NCBI GenBank assembly: GCA_964016885.1
Contig: OZ024765.1
Location: forward strand, 9,486,001-9,550,000
Source of the DNA: Eledone cirrhosa
Lineage: Eukaryota
Length of the DNA: 64,000 nucleotides
Direction of reading: 5' to 3'
Positions 12,055-27,542 of the stretch are shown piece by piece. The notes under the pieces were generated by a model. It was not told where the DNA came from, did not search any database, and worked only from the letters and a program-made list of their open reading frames with translations. Each line of letters begins with the position of its first letter. Positions within the stretch are counted from its first letter, which is position 1. Made by a program: the position numbers and the translations under genes.

Positions 12055-13275
12055 AAGAGGGTCGTGAAGGCAGAGTCCTTCTCAAACACTCCTTCCAGCG
12101 AGACTGTCAGAAGCAAACATCTCCAACTGATCCAGTTGGATCCCAAGGCGTGACCAGCCAAGCTCATGGATGTTATCCAACTATCTTCCTCAGGGTTTAC
12201 CTTACCTCTTGGTCTCTTGCCGGTTGGTTTTGCCTGTAAAATGTGTCCAGCGATTCTTTCCTGAGACATTCTAACCACATGCTCATAATATCAGAGCTGT
12301 GATCTCTCAATTCGGAGAAGTAGCAGTTCTACCTGGAGTGACTCTCTGATCTCTGAGCTACAAATCTGTCCAGTGATTCTTTCCTGAGACATTCTAACCA
12401 CATGCTCATAATATCAGAGCTGTGATCTCTCAATTCGGAGAAGTAGCAGTTCTACCTGGAGTGACTCTCTGATCTCTGAGCTACAAATCTGTCCAGTGAT
12501 TCTTTCCTGAGACATTCTAACCACATGCTCATAATATCAGAGCTGTGATCTCTCAATTCGGAGAAGTAGCAGTTCTACCTGGAGTGACTCTCTGATCTCT
12601 GAGCTACAAATCTGTCCAGTGATTCTTTCCTGAGACATTCTAACCACATGCTCATAATATCAGAGCTGTGATCTCTCAATTCGGAGAAGTAGCAGTTCTA
12701 CCTGGAGTGACTCTCTGATCTCTGAGCTACAAATCTGTCCAGTGATTCTTTCCTGAGACATTCTAACCACATGCTCATAATATCAGAGCTGTGATCTCTC
12801 AATTCGGAGAAGTAGCAGTTCTACCTGGAGTGACTCTCTGATCTCTGAGCTACAAATCTGTCCAGTGATTCTTTCCTGAGACATTCTAACCACATGCTCA
12901 TAATATCGGAGCTGTGATCTCTCAATTCGGAGAAGTAGCGGCTCTACCTGGAGTGACTCACTGATCTCCAAGCTATGCACTTTATCGAGTAACTTTACTC
13001 CAAAGACCCTTCGGAGGAACCCCATTTCTGCCGCTTGTATTTGAAATTGTATTCTTTCGGTCATTACCCATGATTCATGACCCTTGGTAAGGGTTGGCAG
13101 AAATATCAGGAAGACAGCGAGCTTGGCTTTTACACCCTTTTTCTTATTACTGAAGCTGGTGCATTACTGCACCAGCTTTTGCAATTCTTGCACTTAATTC
13201 AGCCTCCCGCCATGCATCACTCATGAACACGGCCCTGAAATACTTGAACTTCTCTAACTGCTTCAGTGGAACTCC
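12055..13275 (-). mobile_element. RTE-clade LINE fragment containing a ~6x tandem 120-bp internal duplication
   Basis: IQAAEMGFLRRVFGVKLLDKV...IERSQLRYYEHVVRM...KPTGKRPRG; near-identical 120-bp units 12240-12960. Confidence 0.85.
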
Positions 13276-13559
13276 ATTCACATGTATATAAATTTGAGCG
13301 ACTTCTGTCCATCCGTCCGTCACAAAGTGTGTGTGTGTTTGTGTGTTTGTGTGAATGTATGTGTGTGTAAAAGGAAGGAAAGGGATACATACATATATAT
13401 GTCTCTAACTTAAAAACGGTGACACGCACACACACACACATATATAACACACACACACACACGTCTCTAATTCAAGAACGCCGACAAACTCACGCGCGTG
13501 CACATACACACACTGTCCTATTACCTCTTATGAGCTTTAACCCGGGCAAACACCCCCCT

Positions 13560-13940
13560 CAATTTTAGAACCGTCTGGATTGTCCAGAATTGATGGACCT
13601 GACGGTCTTACCCTGTGTCCCTGGTCAAGAGGCAGGTGCTTTGTCTGGGACGTCACAGTTAGTGACTCTTTTGCTTCTTCCCACAGCATCCGCAGCTGAA
13701 TGGAACAAAATCCTAAAACACCGTCATGTCGGCTAACTACATTTCCAAGCCTGAGGCGTTCGAGACGTTTGGAGGAGACGGGTTACTGGCAGCAAGGTTT
13801 TTATCTTCACTGGCGTCTCGCCTAACTGAAGTAACTGGCGATACTCGTGAGCATGCTTGGTTGTTCCAGCACCCCAGCCTCGCCTTCACCCGAAGTAACG
13901 CTGCGAGGTGCGAGCTGGCTCGCCTCAAAAATTATTAGAG
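13560..13940 (+). mobile_element. CRE-clade non-LTR retrotransposon 3' fragment
   Basis: LEPSGLSRIDGPDGLTLCPWSRGRCFVWDVTVSDSFA ... FETFGG ... TGDTREHAWLFQHPSLAFTRSNAA. Confidence 0.82.
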
Positions 13941-13979
13941 AGGTTTCCCAGTGTTCCTCGCTATACTATCTTTTCCTCA

Positions 13980-15757
13980 GGGCGGTGAATTGGCAGTATC
14001 GGTAGAGAGTCAGACGCCATGCTTTCCAGCATAGTTACGTCCCTTTACGGTCTGAGTTCAAATCCCGTTGAGGTTAACTTTGCCTTTCATCCTTACCACG
14101 TCGATAAAATAAAGTACCAGTAATGAACTGGTCGATAAAATAAAGTACCAGTAATGAACTGGCCTTGTGCCAAAAGTACCAGTAATGAACAGGTCGATAA
14201 AATAAAGTACCAGTAATGAACTGGCCTTGTGCCAAAAGTACCAGTAATGAACAGGTCGATAAAATAAAGTACCAGTAATGAACTGGTCGATAAAATAAAG
14301 TACCAGTAATGAACTGGCCTTGTGCCAAAAGTACCAGTAATGAACAGGTCGATAAAATAAAGTACCAGTAATGAACTGGCCTTGTGCCAAAAGTACCAGT
14401 AATGAACAGGTCGATAAAATAAAGTACCAGTAATGAACTGGTCGATAAAATAAAGTACCAGTAATGAACTGGCCTTGTGCCAAAAGTACCAGTAATGAAC
14501 AGGTCGATAAAATAAAGTACCAGTAATGAACTGGTCGATAAAATAAAGTACCAGTAATGAACTGGCCTTGTGCCAAAAGTACCAGTAATGCACTGGGTGA
14601 TTGCTGGCCTTGTGCCTAAAGTAGAAACAATTATATTATTGTATTTTTATACAACTGTGAATACGTCCTTAACAAATGAGTTTTTTTAAAAAAGAATTAA
14701 ACTGTGTTAAACTGTGTTAAGAATAAGTAAATAAAAAGTTATACTTATATTCATCATTATTTTAGGTCCGCTTTTCCCTGCTTGCAAGGATGGGACGGGT
14801 CCTCTTCAGCAGAGCAACTCTCCACTTGTCACGGCCCTTCGTCATCTCCTCCGTGAGTTTGATATTATATATATTAATCCACTCTACCCTTCCTTTAGAT
14901 TAGTTGGTCTTGTGTCTAAATCAGAAACCATGCTTTCCAGCATAGTTACGTCCCTTTACGATCTGAGTTCAAATCCCGCCGAGGTTGACTTTGCCTTTCA
15001 TCCTTACGGAGTCAATAAAATAAAGTACCAGTGATGCACTGGGTAATTGCTGGCCTTGTGCCTAAATCAGAAACCATTATTATTATTATTATAAGGTGGA
15101 TTGGCAGTATTGGTAGAGGGTCGGACGCCATGCTTTGACGCATAGAGTTACGGCCCTTGCCATTCTGAGTTCAAATCCCGCCGAAGTTAACTTTGCCTTT
15201 CATCCTTACAGGGGTCGATAAAATAAAGTACCAGTAATGTACTGGGGTAATTGCTGGCCTTGTGCCAAACGTAGAAACAATTATTATGGAATATGGATTG
15301 GCAGTATCGGTAGAGGGTCGGACGCCATGCTTTGCAGCATAGAGTTACGGCTCTTTACATTCTGAGTTCATATTCCGCCGAGGTTAACTTTACTTTTCAT
15401 CCTTAAGGGATCGATAAAATAAAATACCAGTCACGCACTGGAGTAAATTTAATCGGCTTTCCCCTCCCCCAAAATTTCTGGCCTTGTGCCTATATAAGAA
15501 ATTATTATTTATTCAAATTATCCAACTTATTTTACTAAAGGGATAAAAAAATATATTCAGGACACAGTCCCGCATTCCTCGGCAGTATCGGTACAGGGTC
15601 GGACATGCTTTCCAGCATAGTTACGTCCCTTTATGATCTGAGTTCAAATCCCGCCGAGGTTAACTTTGCTTTCATCCTTACGGGGTCGATAAAATAAAGT
15701 ACCAGTAATGTACTGGGTAGTTGCTGGCCTTGTGCCTAAAGTAGAAAAAATTATATT
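13980..15757 (+). mobile_element. Cluster of ~5 tRNA-derived SINE family 1 copies, the first with internal tandem expansion (14100-14590); about 20 copies in the window
   Basis: GGCAGTATCGGTAGAG (A box)...GAGTTCAAATCC (B box)...GCCTTTCATCCTTACGGGGTCGATAAAATAAAGTACCAG...(ATT)n. Confidence 0.85.
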
Positions 15758-16325
15758 ATGATTATTTATGTTCATACACAGAAGAGATAGACAAAAGGGG
15801 GTAGCACTTCCGTTCCGTGTATGAACGTAAATAAATAATATAATATATTAGTTGTCATACCTGATTGAGCACTGTTTTTATTTTTATTTTTTCACATCTA
15901 CCAATATTTTACTACATATACATATATATGATGGCTGCCCCTTCGTTATCGAGTATGGCCATTGCACGATATAACATTACTGATAATTATCAGTTAATTC
16001 TATCGTGCAATGGCCTGTGCGTGAAGATTTTTTTTTAAGTAAGGAAAGACTGTGCACTGAGCCAATCCCACTCTCTGAGCGACAGTAGCTATAACTCGAA
16101 AAGAAGAAAAGATCAACATCAGTAACTACTGAGCCGCAGGTTTTATATTGGAGTTATCCCAGTTTCCTGAGTCGCCTTCTCCTAGATGAATACCCTGACA
16201 AAGGCTAGGGGTCCTTCACTCCCAGTGGTTTAACCGCGCGATCGGGTATCCAACCCGACTATTTCTATGTCCCCGCGCATATACATACACATGCCTACCC
16301 TACATGTATATACACATATATATAT

Positions 16326-16596
16326 AATTGTTGTGGGATGCTTAAAGTGTCCGTAAGCGGTAGGCCGTTTGAGCACTCGATGCTCTTACAGAGCAGAGTA
16401 TAATTTGGAATTTTACATAAGAAATTTGGAAACTCTGCTTTGTAGAATAGAGACGCATCAGAGGATCTTGCGATTTCAGAGTCAGGTTCGATCATTGCAT
16501 CGATCGTGCCTCGAGCTGGTCGCCAGAGAAACGATTGTAATATGTCTAATAAATTTTATTCGTCGCACCACTGATTCTCCGTTTCTTATGTGATAT
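16326..16596 (+). mobile_element. Copy of the 59867 family with mutated hammerhead core (CAGAGGA)
   Basis: Sequence similarity to 60060-60308; flanked by (TA)n. Confidence 0.72.
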
Positions 16597-16960
16597 ATAT
16601 ATATATATATATATACAATATATTAACAAATGGAAACTATATTTATAAAACCATATTTATTTCAAATATTGACATACCCTTAAAGAATGCGACCATGTCG
16701 GTTGGAAGCTCCCGGATATATATATATATATATATCAAGTAAGAATATTTTCGAAACAGCGAGCGGGTTTGAAATTATAAATATAAGCTATCGCCGTATT
16801 TTGACTAAAGAAATTAGAGAAATGGAAAAAGATGAGTATTGACGTACATCAATGTACGTCAATACTTATCTTTTTTCATTTCTCCGAGGGCTCTTAACCC
16901 CACTATCAGGCTAAATAATTTCTTTAATTTCTTTAGTCAAAATACGGCGATAGCTTATAT

Positions 16961-16996
<36 letters not shown>

Positions 16997-17131
16997 AGAA
17001 AAACCACAGACCCTCCATCTCAACTCTACTTTTGAAAAGCAGAAAAACTGCGAAACCGGTAAAGGACCCAAATAAATATATATTTTTAAAAAAAATAAGA
17101 CTCCAGTTGCATTTTCGATTTCATCTTTTTT

Positions 17132-17185
<54 letters not shown>

Positions 17186-17254
17186 GATATTAACAAATGG
17201 AAACTATATTTATAAAACCATATTTATTTCATTATACATATTTCAAGGATACCA

Positions 17255-17303
<49 letters not shown>

Positions 17304-17577
17304 CATACATATGCATATATGTATGTATATATTTACACATTTTTGGATGGCCGTTGAATCTTATAAGTTCTTCCGTCCTTTGTCAGGTTTTGTTTTTTGT
17401 CCTGCAGGGTGTCCAAAAACACCCTCCTCACCAAGCAAGTAAACTTGGTGGGGTTGCCGGTTGAGTCGCCGACGACCCGACCATGTGACAGGTTGTACTG
17501 GGTTACATGTTACCAGCAGCACTCAAGAGTGACCCGACATATATATATATACATACACACATGCATATATATATTTA

Positions 17578-17608
<31 letters not shown>

Positions 17609-17629
17609 GCATACATACAAACGAGTAAA

Positions 17630-18715
17630 TTGACATCGAACTGTTGAAAGAAGACTTCAAAAATAACTAGTACCGACTTCTCTTGAAACTGAACAAAATT
17701 TGGCATCATGGTGTTATCAAGTGTCTGCTGGAAAAAGGGTTTAGCCCTAACCCTAACTCCCAAAGACATTTATGCTGACATGGCTGCTACATTAGGAAAT
17801 GACACTCCAGCTTTATCAACAGTGCAAAAGTGAGCAGCTGAATTTATGGTGGAAAGGCGAGTCTTGAAGATAACCCAAGGTCTGGACGTCCTGCAACTGC
17901 CAGCATTGAGGAAAGCATTGACCGTGTTCACCACATGGTGATGGATGACAGGTGATTGACTATAAATCAAATAGCTAATGTTATCTGCATACCTAGTTAG
18001 AGAGTTGAGAATATTCTGCACAATGAACTTGACATGATGAAAGTTTCTTCTCGGGTGGTGCCACATTTTCTGACACCTGGTTAAAACACACCTGGCTGAT
18101 CACATCACGGCAAAATCTGACATTGTTTGAGGCAGATCCAGCTGGTTTCCTTGAACGTTTCCTAACCCATGATGAGTGTTTGGTTCATTACTTTGAGTCA
18201 GAGACAAAGAGACAATCAATGCAGTGAAAACAACCCTCCTCACCTGCTCCAAAGAAAGCCAAGACGGTTTCGTCTGCACAGAAGGTGATGGCCCCAGTCT
18301 TTTGGGGATGCAAAAGGCATTATGTTTGACTATCTTCAAAAAGGCCCACCATCAATGGAGAGTAATATGCCAACTTGCTGAGGCAGTTACAAAAGGCTAT
18401 TAAGACCAAATGCCCAGTAAAACTGATGAAAGGGGTCTTATTTCATCAAGACAATGTCCAGCACTCAAGTCCTTGGTTTCAATGGCAACTGTGCGTGACT
18501 GTGGCTTTGAACTGGTTGATCACTAACCTTATTCTCCTGATTTGGCCCCATCTGACTATCATGTTTCCCATCATGAATAAACATTTGGCTGGGAACCAGT
18601 AATGATGACGTCACATCATCTGTTGACGTTTTTGACCAACAGGATGAAAGGTTCTTCATCAGAGGGATCCAGGCACTGCAATACTGATGGAAGAGGTGTG
18701 TGGACCGCAAGGAGA
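17630..18715 (+). pseudogene. Decayed mariner (Tc1/mariner DD34D-type) transposase
   Basis: Remnants PRSGRP, VPH-LT, LTHDE, FHQDN and PYSPDLAPSDY, interrupted by stops and frameshifts. Confidence 0.88.
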
Positions 18716-18947
18716 GTTATATTGGCTGTTCATGATTTTGTTGAGGACAGTGGTTTGGCAGTAATCGGTAGAGCGTCAGACACCATGCTTTGCAGCATAG
18801 AGTTACGGCCCTTTGAGGTTTGAGTTTAAATCCAGCCAAAGTTAACTTTTCCTTTCGTCCTAACGGGGGTCGGTGGAATAAAGTACCAGTAATGCACTGG
18901 GGTAATTGCTGGCCTTGCGTCAAAAAAGTAGAAACAATTATATAAAC

Positions 18948-19482
18948 CAGACATGTCAAACTGAGGGTCCCCCGAGGGCCACATGGGTCACACATGTGTT
19001 GTCTGAGGGTCACATGGGTCACATATGTGTTGTCTGAGGGTCACATGGGTCACAGGTGTTGTCTGAGGGTCAGACATGACAACTAATTGCGCACATTACA
19101 ACTAACATTTTTTTATTTTATATTACGCTGGCGCTGTAAAAACCTTTGTGTGGGCCGCAGGTGTGCTTGTAAAGGGCCGCAGGTGTGCTTGTAAAGAGCC
19201 GCAGGTGTGCTTGTAAAGGGCCGCAGGTGTGCTTGAAAAGGGCCTCAGGTGTGCTTGTAAAGGGCCACAGGTGTGCTTGTAAAGGGCCACAGGTGTGCTT
19301 GTAAAGGGCCGCAGGTGTGCTTGTAAAGGGCCACAGGTGTGCTTGTAAAGGGCCACAGGTGTGCTTGTAAAAGGCCGCAGGTGTGCTTGTAAAGGGCCGC
19401 AGGTGTGCTTGTAAAGGGCCGCAGGTGTGCTTGTAAAGGGCTGCAGGTGTGCTTGTAAAGGGCCGTATGTTTGACATGCCTG
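18948..19482. mobile_element. hAT-type MITE with expanded internal 22-bp minisatellite
   Basis: TIR CAG(A/G)CATGTCAAAC, 8-bp TSD ATATAAAC/GTATAAAC; ~14 x GGGCCGCAGGTGTGCTTGTAAA. Confidence 0.82.
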
Positions 19483-19578
19483 GTATAAACTTTACTATCA
19501 TTTTTTTTTTTTTGTTCTCATTCGATTTCATTATCCCCTTTTCCTTTTCTTTTCTTTTTTATTAGCAGAAAACCAAAA

Positions 19579-20109
19579 ATGTTTGCGCTGTCTAAAATCA
19601 AAGATGAGAAGGAAGTCCTTGGACATAAAGATATAGGAGTTAATCTCTTAGAGAGACAAACAGTCGATAAAGAAAAAGAAAAAGATAAAAAAGAAAAAGA
19701 AAAAGAAAAAGGAAAAGGAAAAGAAAAAGAAAAAGAAAAAGAAAAAGAAAAAGAAAAAGAGAAAAAAAAAATAAGGATTTTTTTGGAAGAAGTATTTCTT
19801 CGGAGACACACCTTCATAAAAAGAATTTCTTTGTACTTTAAGATATGTTTCACATTGATGCTCATCTTTTTTACATTCATACGGGTCTCCGTTATCATAC
19901 GGGGCTATGCATGCGATGTTCTCTTCAATCCGACGAATTTGTTCCACGCCATGAGGAAAGGACGATATCCACCATATCTGGTGAGGGAGGCCATAAGCTG
20001 TCTGAATCTAGCCGAGTACTCGACTGTGTTTGATGCAACCCTCGTAAGCTGTTGGGTGATCGCGTTAGGAGTGATGATCCGGGCATTTTCCAAGTGGCCA
20101 ATACGTTGA
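19579..20109 (+). CDS. Orphan 176-aa protein with KE-rich N-terminus and two predicted TM helices (paralogue B)
   Basis: Polypyrimidine tract + TAGCAG acceptor 10 nt before AAAATG, AATAAA at 20286 and 20310, two hydrophobic segments, motif shared with 3921-6230. Confidence 0.68.
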   Translation: MFALSKIKDEKEVLGHKDIGVNLLERQTVDKEKEKDKKEKEKEKGKGKEKEKEKEKEKEKEKKKIRIFLEEVFLRRHTFIKRISLYFKICFTLMLIFFTFIRVSVIIRGYACDVLFNPTNLFHAMRKGRYPPYLVREAISCLNLAEYSTVFDATLVSCWVIALGVMIRAFSKWPIR

Positions 20110-20769
20110 TAATGAACATTTGACCACAGGCACACATACACACACACACACACATACATATACACACGCACTCTAATATACGTACAGGGTGAACACAACC
20201 ATAGACCAGCCCAGCAGTGTCACCTTCAACACGATGATCAACCTGGAAGGATTACATTTTTATACAAATTCATAAAAGGAAATTAAATAAATAATGATTT
20301 TCTATGATCAATAAAAAAAATCATTAAACATCGAAGTCTTCTTGGACTGCAAGTATGTCGTGTACCCATGCAACACCTTGATAAGGGTTCGAATTTCACC
20401 ACACGAAAGCATATGTAAGCGAAGTGCCATCCCCCATCTGTGAGGTCTGTAGCTCCTCTTGAGTACTAACTCAGTCTATGACAAGCCCGTCCAAAACTTG
20501 CTAGCAGAGTTATATATGATGACTGCCCCCTCGTTATCTAGCATGGCCATTGCACGGTATAACATTATTAATAATTATCAATTAAGCTATTTTTTTTAAA
20601 GTGAGGAAAGACTGTGCACTGAGCCAATCCCACTCTCTGAGCAACAGTAGCTATAACCTGAAAAGAAGAAAAGATCAACATCATCGGTAACTTCTGAGCC
20701 GCAGGTTTTATATCAGAGTGATCCCAATTTCCTGAGTTGCCTTCTCCTTGAAGAATGCCCTGTCAAAGG

Positions 20770-20810
<41 letters not shown>

Positions 20811-20813
<3 letters not shown>

Positions 20814-20865
20814 AGGATTCCTGGCTTTCACCCAGGAGGCCCGAGTTTGATTCCCAGCATGGGAA
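20811..20865 (+). pseudogene. 5'-truncated tRNA-Glu(TTC) fragment
   Basis: GTTAGGATTCCTGGCTTTCACCCAGGAGGCCCGAGTTTGATTCCCAGCATGGGA; the 5' acceptor/D-arm start is replaced by (TA)n and the T-loop is mutated. Confidence 0.75.
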
Positions 20866-22555
20866 CTCTAATCAAAGGCGGTGCCCCAGCATGGCCTCAG
20901 CTGGATGGCTGGAACAGGTAAAAGAATAAAATAGTATATATATATATTTATATAAAATTAGAATTTTATTTCTCACCCTAGCATAGCTGATATATAAATG
21001 TAAGTATGCACACGTACATACACATATATATATATATATACACATATCATCATCATCATTTGACATCCGCTTTTCCCTGCTTGCAAGAGTGGGACAGGTT
21101 CTATTCAGCACAGCATCTCTCCACTTGTCACGGTCCTTCGTCATCTGCTCTGTGAGCTTCAGCAATCTGAGGTCCACTCTCACCACCTCCGCCCATGTTT
21201 TTCGTAGTCTTCCACTACTACGTCTTCCTTCTACTGGGATTTCTTAGCACTTCTTGTATTGTTCTTAAAATAAATAATTGTTCCTACTTTTGGCACAAGG
21301 CCAGCAATGTTCCCAGTGCATTACTGGTACTTTATTTTATCAACCCCATAAGGATAAAAGGCAAAGTTAACCTCGGCGGAATTTGAACTCAGACTGTAAA
21401 GGAGCGTAACTCTGTGCTACAAAGCATAGCGTCCGACCCTCTACCGATACTGCCAAAATAAATATCAAAATCTCATAGATTCAAATCATGTGAGATAATA
21501 ATATCATGTGAAATAAAGTATTTACTGTGAAAATACAATAGTGAATATAGAGTAATTGTTTCTACTTTTGGCACAAAGCCATCAAATATCCCAGTGCATT
21601 ACTGGTACTTTATTTTATCGACCCCGTAAAGATGAAAGGCAAAGTTAACCTCAGCGGGATTTGAACTCAGAATGGCAAGGACCGTAACTATGCGTCAAAG
21701 CATGGCGTCTGACCCTCTGCCGATACTTGCCAATCCAAGGTTAAAGGGGGTAGTAGTTAAGGAGTGGTTCTGGAGGAGGCATGGATGGTGGGTGCAGTAA
21801 TGGTGAGAATAGATGGTGGGGAGTGCTCGTGGGAGAGGTCCATGTAAGGGTCAGGTCATAGTGTATGTTTCTGGCCAGGTCTTTATCACAGCATAGTGCC
21901 AGACCTCACAATCCTTTGTCATCTCAGTTGTCAGGTTTAGTTTCTTAACCCTTTAGCATTTAAACCAGCCGTATCCGGCCAGAATTCTCTCACCTCTGTC
22001 AGTCCAAACCAGCTGTAACTGGCCACTCATACTGATATTAAGGTATTGTTCTCAAAATAAATAACATCAAAATCTTATAGATTTGATATTATGTAAGATA
22101 AAGCCTTTATCACAAAAATACAATAGTATATATAGAGTAATCATCATCATCATCATCATCGTTTAACATCCATTTTCCACACTAACATTGGTTAGATGGG
22201 TTGTGCCGTTTGAGGCAAGTTGGAACAGGTGACACAGAACTGTTTCTGGCTTGGTTTCTACAGCTGGATGCCCTTCCCAGCACCAACCACTTTACAGTGT
22301 GGGCTGGGTGCTTTTTGTTGCGACACCTACACAACCACTTTACAGTGTGGACTGGGTGCTTTTTGTTGTGACACATCCACAACCACTTTAAAGTGGAATG
22401 ATATGGACCCCAGTCCCTATCATTTCATTTCTACAGCTGAGTAAACTGGAGCAATGCGAAATAAAGTGTCTTGCTCAAGGAAACAACACACATCACCCGG
22501 TCTGAGAATTGAACTCACAACCTTTCGATTGCAAGGCCAATGCTCTAACCACTGA

Positions 22556-22627
<72 letters not shown>

Positions 22628-24154
22628 GCTTTGAAATATTTTGGCCAATATTGGCCCAGGCCATGTCTAACTTAATAGCACCACCTGGCGAAGTCTTTCA
22701 ATTCAGGAATTGGGCACCATGGCCCATTCGAGAAGAGAATTACTGTTTGCGGAGACATATCCGGGTGTGGGTGGTTTGTCCGGGATTACTTGGGGGGGTT
22801 TGTCCAAAGACTTCTTGAATTTTGTGTGGTCAGTTTCTGTTTTGACGTGTCCTGGTGTGATGTTGAAGAGAGCAGGGCCGATTGAGGTGAAATAATTGTG
22901 CCGTATTGTTGTTATGAGTTGCGATTTAGATTTTTGAATGGGACGGATAGCACGGGGCCCAAGCCTTGGGTGTATCTTGAAGGCGATGCCAACATCATTT
23001 GGGCAGTGATGATGGAACATTTTCCACATCATGCAGATAATATAACGCTCACGGCGACGTTGGAGTGAGTAAAGTTTCAGGTTTTCTAATCGACCCCAGT
23101 AGTCAAGGTCTGACATGCCATCTATCTTTTTCGTGATTGCCCTTTGAGGAGCTTCAAGTTTCATGATACTTTGTTTCGTGTGGGGAGACCACAGTGGACA
23201 ACAGTATTCAAGGTGTGGTCGGGCAAAAGTAGAGAAGAGAAGGATAATGGTGCGGGAATCTCTCGACTGGAAGGTTCTGAGGATCCAGGAACACATTCTG
23301 CGGGCCATGTCAACTTTGCTGCTTATATGCGTGGTCCAGCTTATGTTGCTGTCCACGGTTACTCCCAAGTCTCTGATGTTGTTAGATGCCACGAGAGTTT
23401 CCCCGGAGGGAAGGGAGTACGGGAGTTTCAGAGCATCCTCTTTTCCAAAGTGGATCAGTTCGAATTTGTCTTCGTTCAGTAACATGTTGTTCTTTTCTGC
23501 CCATTGGGTAACAGCCAGTAGGTCTGACTGAAGGCTTATCCGGTCATCCACGCCATTGATGACCTTTTGGAGCTTGGAATCATCAGCGAAAATTTTAATG
23601 TTGCTGTGTTTGATGATGTCAGTGATGTCATTAATATAGATGATGAAGAGAAGTGGGCCCAACACAGTGCCTTGTGGGACCCCACTACTGACTTTGGCTG
23701 GGCTTGATTTGACTCCCTCAACTACAACATGTTGGGTTCTGTTTGACAGGAAGCTCTTGATCCACTGCAGCAGCTTTCCAGTGACACCAATATTGGACAG
23801 CTTTCTCAGTAGAATGTTATGATCAACCCTGTCAAAGGCCTTGCTGAAATCAAGGTAGATACATCAGTATTGGAACCCTCTCCCAAGGCTCTCAAAATGT
23901 CATCAAAGTGATGCAGTAGCTGCGTCAGGCAATCCCTTCCATTACGGAATCCATGCTGGTTGGAGTTCAGCATATTGTTACTCTCAAGGAAGTGGGTCAT
24001 TCGCGATCTCACCACTCTCTCAAATACCTTAATGATATGAGAGGTGAGTGAGATTGGACGGTAATTCACGGCAAGGGATTTGTTTCCCTTTTTGAAAACT
24101 GGGACAACAGACTGGGATAGAAGGTTTTCTGGCACATATCCAGCATCCAGTGAG

Positions 24155-24155
<1 letters not shown>
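22628..24155 (-). mobile_element. 5'-truncated CR1-clade LINE, near-identical to 38908-40700, with a frameshift near 23860
   Basis: Same RT peptide; 1-nt deletion (GATGTATC vs GATGTTATC); flanked by CA/TA microsatellites. Confidence 0.93.
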
Positions 24156-25654
<1,499 letters not shown>

Positions 25655-26130
25655 GGCAAAGTTAACCTTGGCGGGATTTGAACCGTAACTACGCCACAAA
25701 GCATAGTGTCTGACACTCTACCGATACTGCCTGCCACATTCTAATAATAATTGTTTCTGCTTTTGGCACAAGACCACCAATTACCCCAGTGCATGACTGG
25801 TACTTTATTTTATCGACCCCGTAAGGATGAAAGGTAAAGTTAACCTTGGCGGGATTTGAAAGGGCCTTAACTCTGTGTCAAAGCATGGCGTCCGGCCCTC
25901 TACCGATACTGCCAATCCACCGCCCTAATAATAATTGTTTCTACTTTTGGCACAAGGCCAGCAATTACCCAGTGCATTACTGGTACTTTATTTTATCGAC
26001 CCCGTAAGGATGAAAGGCAAAGTCAACCTCGGCGGAATTTGAACTCAGATTTTAAAGGGACGTAACTATGCTGGAAAGCATGGCGTCCGACTCTCTACCG
26101 ATACCGCCAATCCACCACCCTAATAATAAT
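25655..26130 (-). mobile_element. Three tandem SINE family 1 copies
   Basis: Reverse complement of the above consensus. Confidence 0.85.
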
Positions 26131-26539
26131 GATTCCTTTTATTGGCCTCAAGAGCCTTAGACATTGGGGTCAATACAAGGTCACAAAGAACACCGTGTGA
26201 GGTTTACTTTAAGTAAAGGGAAGGGAACATTAACCATTTAGCATTTAAACCGGCTCAATCTGGCCAGAATTCTCTCACCTCTCCGTTTAAACCAGCCATA
26301 ACTGGCTGCTCATCCAATATTAAGGTATTATTCTCAAAATAAATGATATCAAAATCTCATAGATTCTATTTTATATGAGATAATTATGTGAAATAAAGTA
26401 TTTACCACGAAAATACAATAGTATATACATCATCATCATCATCATCATCATCAACGTTTAACGTCCGTGTTCCACGCTTGCATGGGTTTGGACGGGGGTT
26501 TTCCCACTTGAGGCAAGAGTGATTGTCTTGCTCGCATAG

Positions 26540-26992
26540 GACTGTCTGGCGGGTTTTCTACAGCTGGATGCCCTTCCTAACACCAACCACATTTACAGTG
26601 TGGGTCTGGGAGGTTTTTACCGTGTTGCCTACACGGCCACATTACAGCGTGGACTGTCTGGCGTGTTTTCTACAGCTGGATGCCCTTCCTAACACCAACC
26701 ACATTTACAGTGTGGGACTGGGAGGTTTTTACCGTGTTGCCTACACGGCCACATTACAGCGTGGACTGTCTGGCAGGTTTTCTACAGCTGGATGCCCTTC
26801 CTAACACCAACCACATTTACAGTGTGGAACTGGGACGTTTTTACCGTGTTGCCTACACGGCCACATTACAGCGTGGACTGTCTGGCGGGTTTTCTACAGC
26901 TGGATGCCCTTCCTAACACCAACCACATTTACAGTGTGGGCCTGGGAGGTTTTTACCGTGTTGCCTACACGGCCACATTACAGCGTGGACTG
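26540..26992. repeat. 4 x 112-bp tandem duplication within a SINE
   Basis: GGACTGTCTGGC...CTACAGCTGGATGCCCTTCCTAACACC... Confidence 0.88.
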
Positions 26993-27542
26993 TGTGTTTT
27001 TTTGTCGTGACACCTACACGATCTCATTTGTTTCGGCCTGGATGGTGTGGCACCAACATAACTTCACATAGAAGGGGGTGGTGTGGATGGGGTGGGGGTG
27101 GTGGGACGGGGGGTGTATTTTGTTAGAGATGCCTACTGACTGTAGTAGGTTTTACTATGTGTTCAGAGTAATGTAAATGCTAATGGGTGAACAATGAGAA
27201 AACAGAAGGTATGACTGTAATAGGAATTCTTTTTAATTGGATAACATCCTTGAGCTTGCTGATCAGTTGGAGATGGTTGCTTCTGACCGGACCTGTTGGA
27301 AGGTGTGTTTGATGACTCTGCCCCAACGACCCTCTCAGGAATATATGGGTGAAAAACGAGAAGGAGAAGAAGGAGGAGAAGAAAAAGAAAAAGAAGGGGG
27401 AAGAAGAAAAAAAAAATACAAAAAATATATATTAAAATAAAAAATAACAGCAATACTACTACTAATAATATCTTTTATTGGCCACAATTAATGATAATAA
27501 CAACAATATAATATATAACATATTTTATATGTTATATAATAC

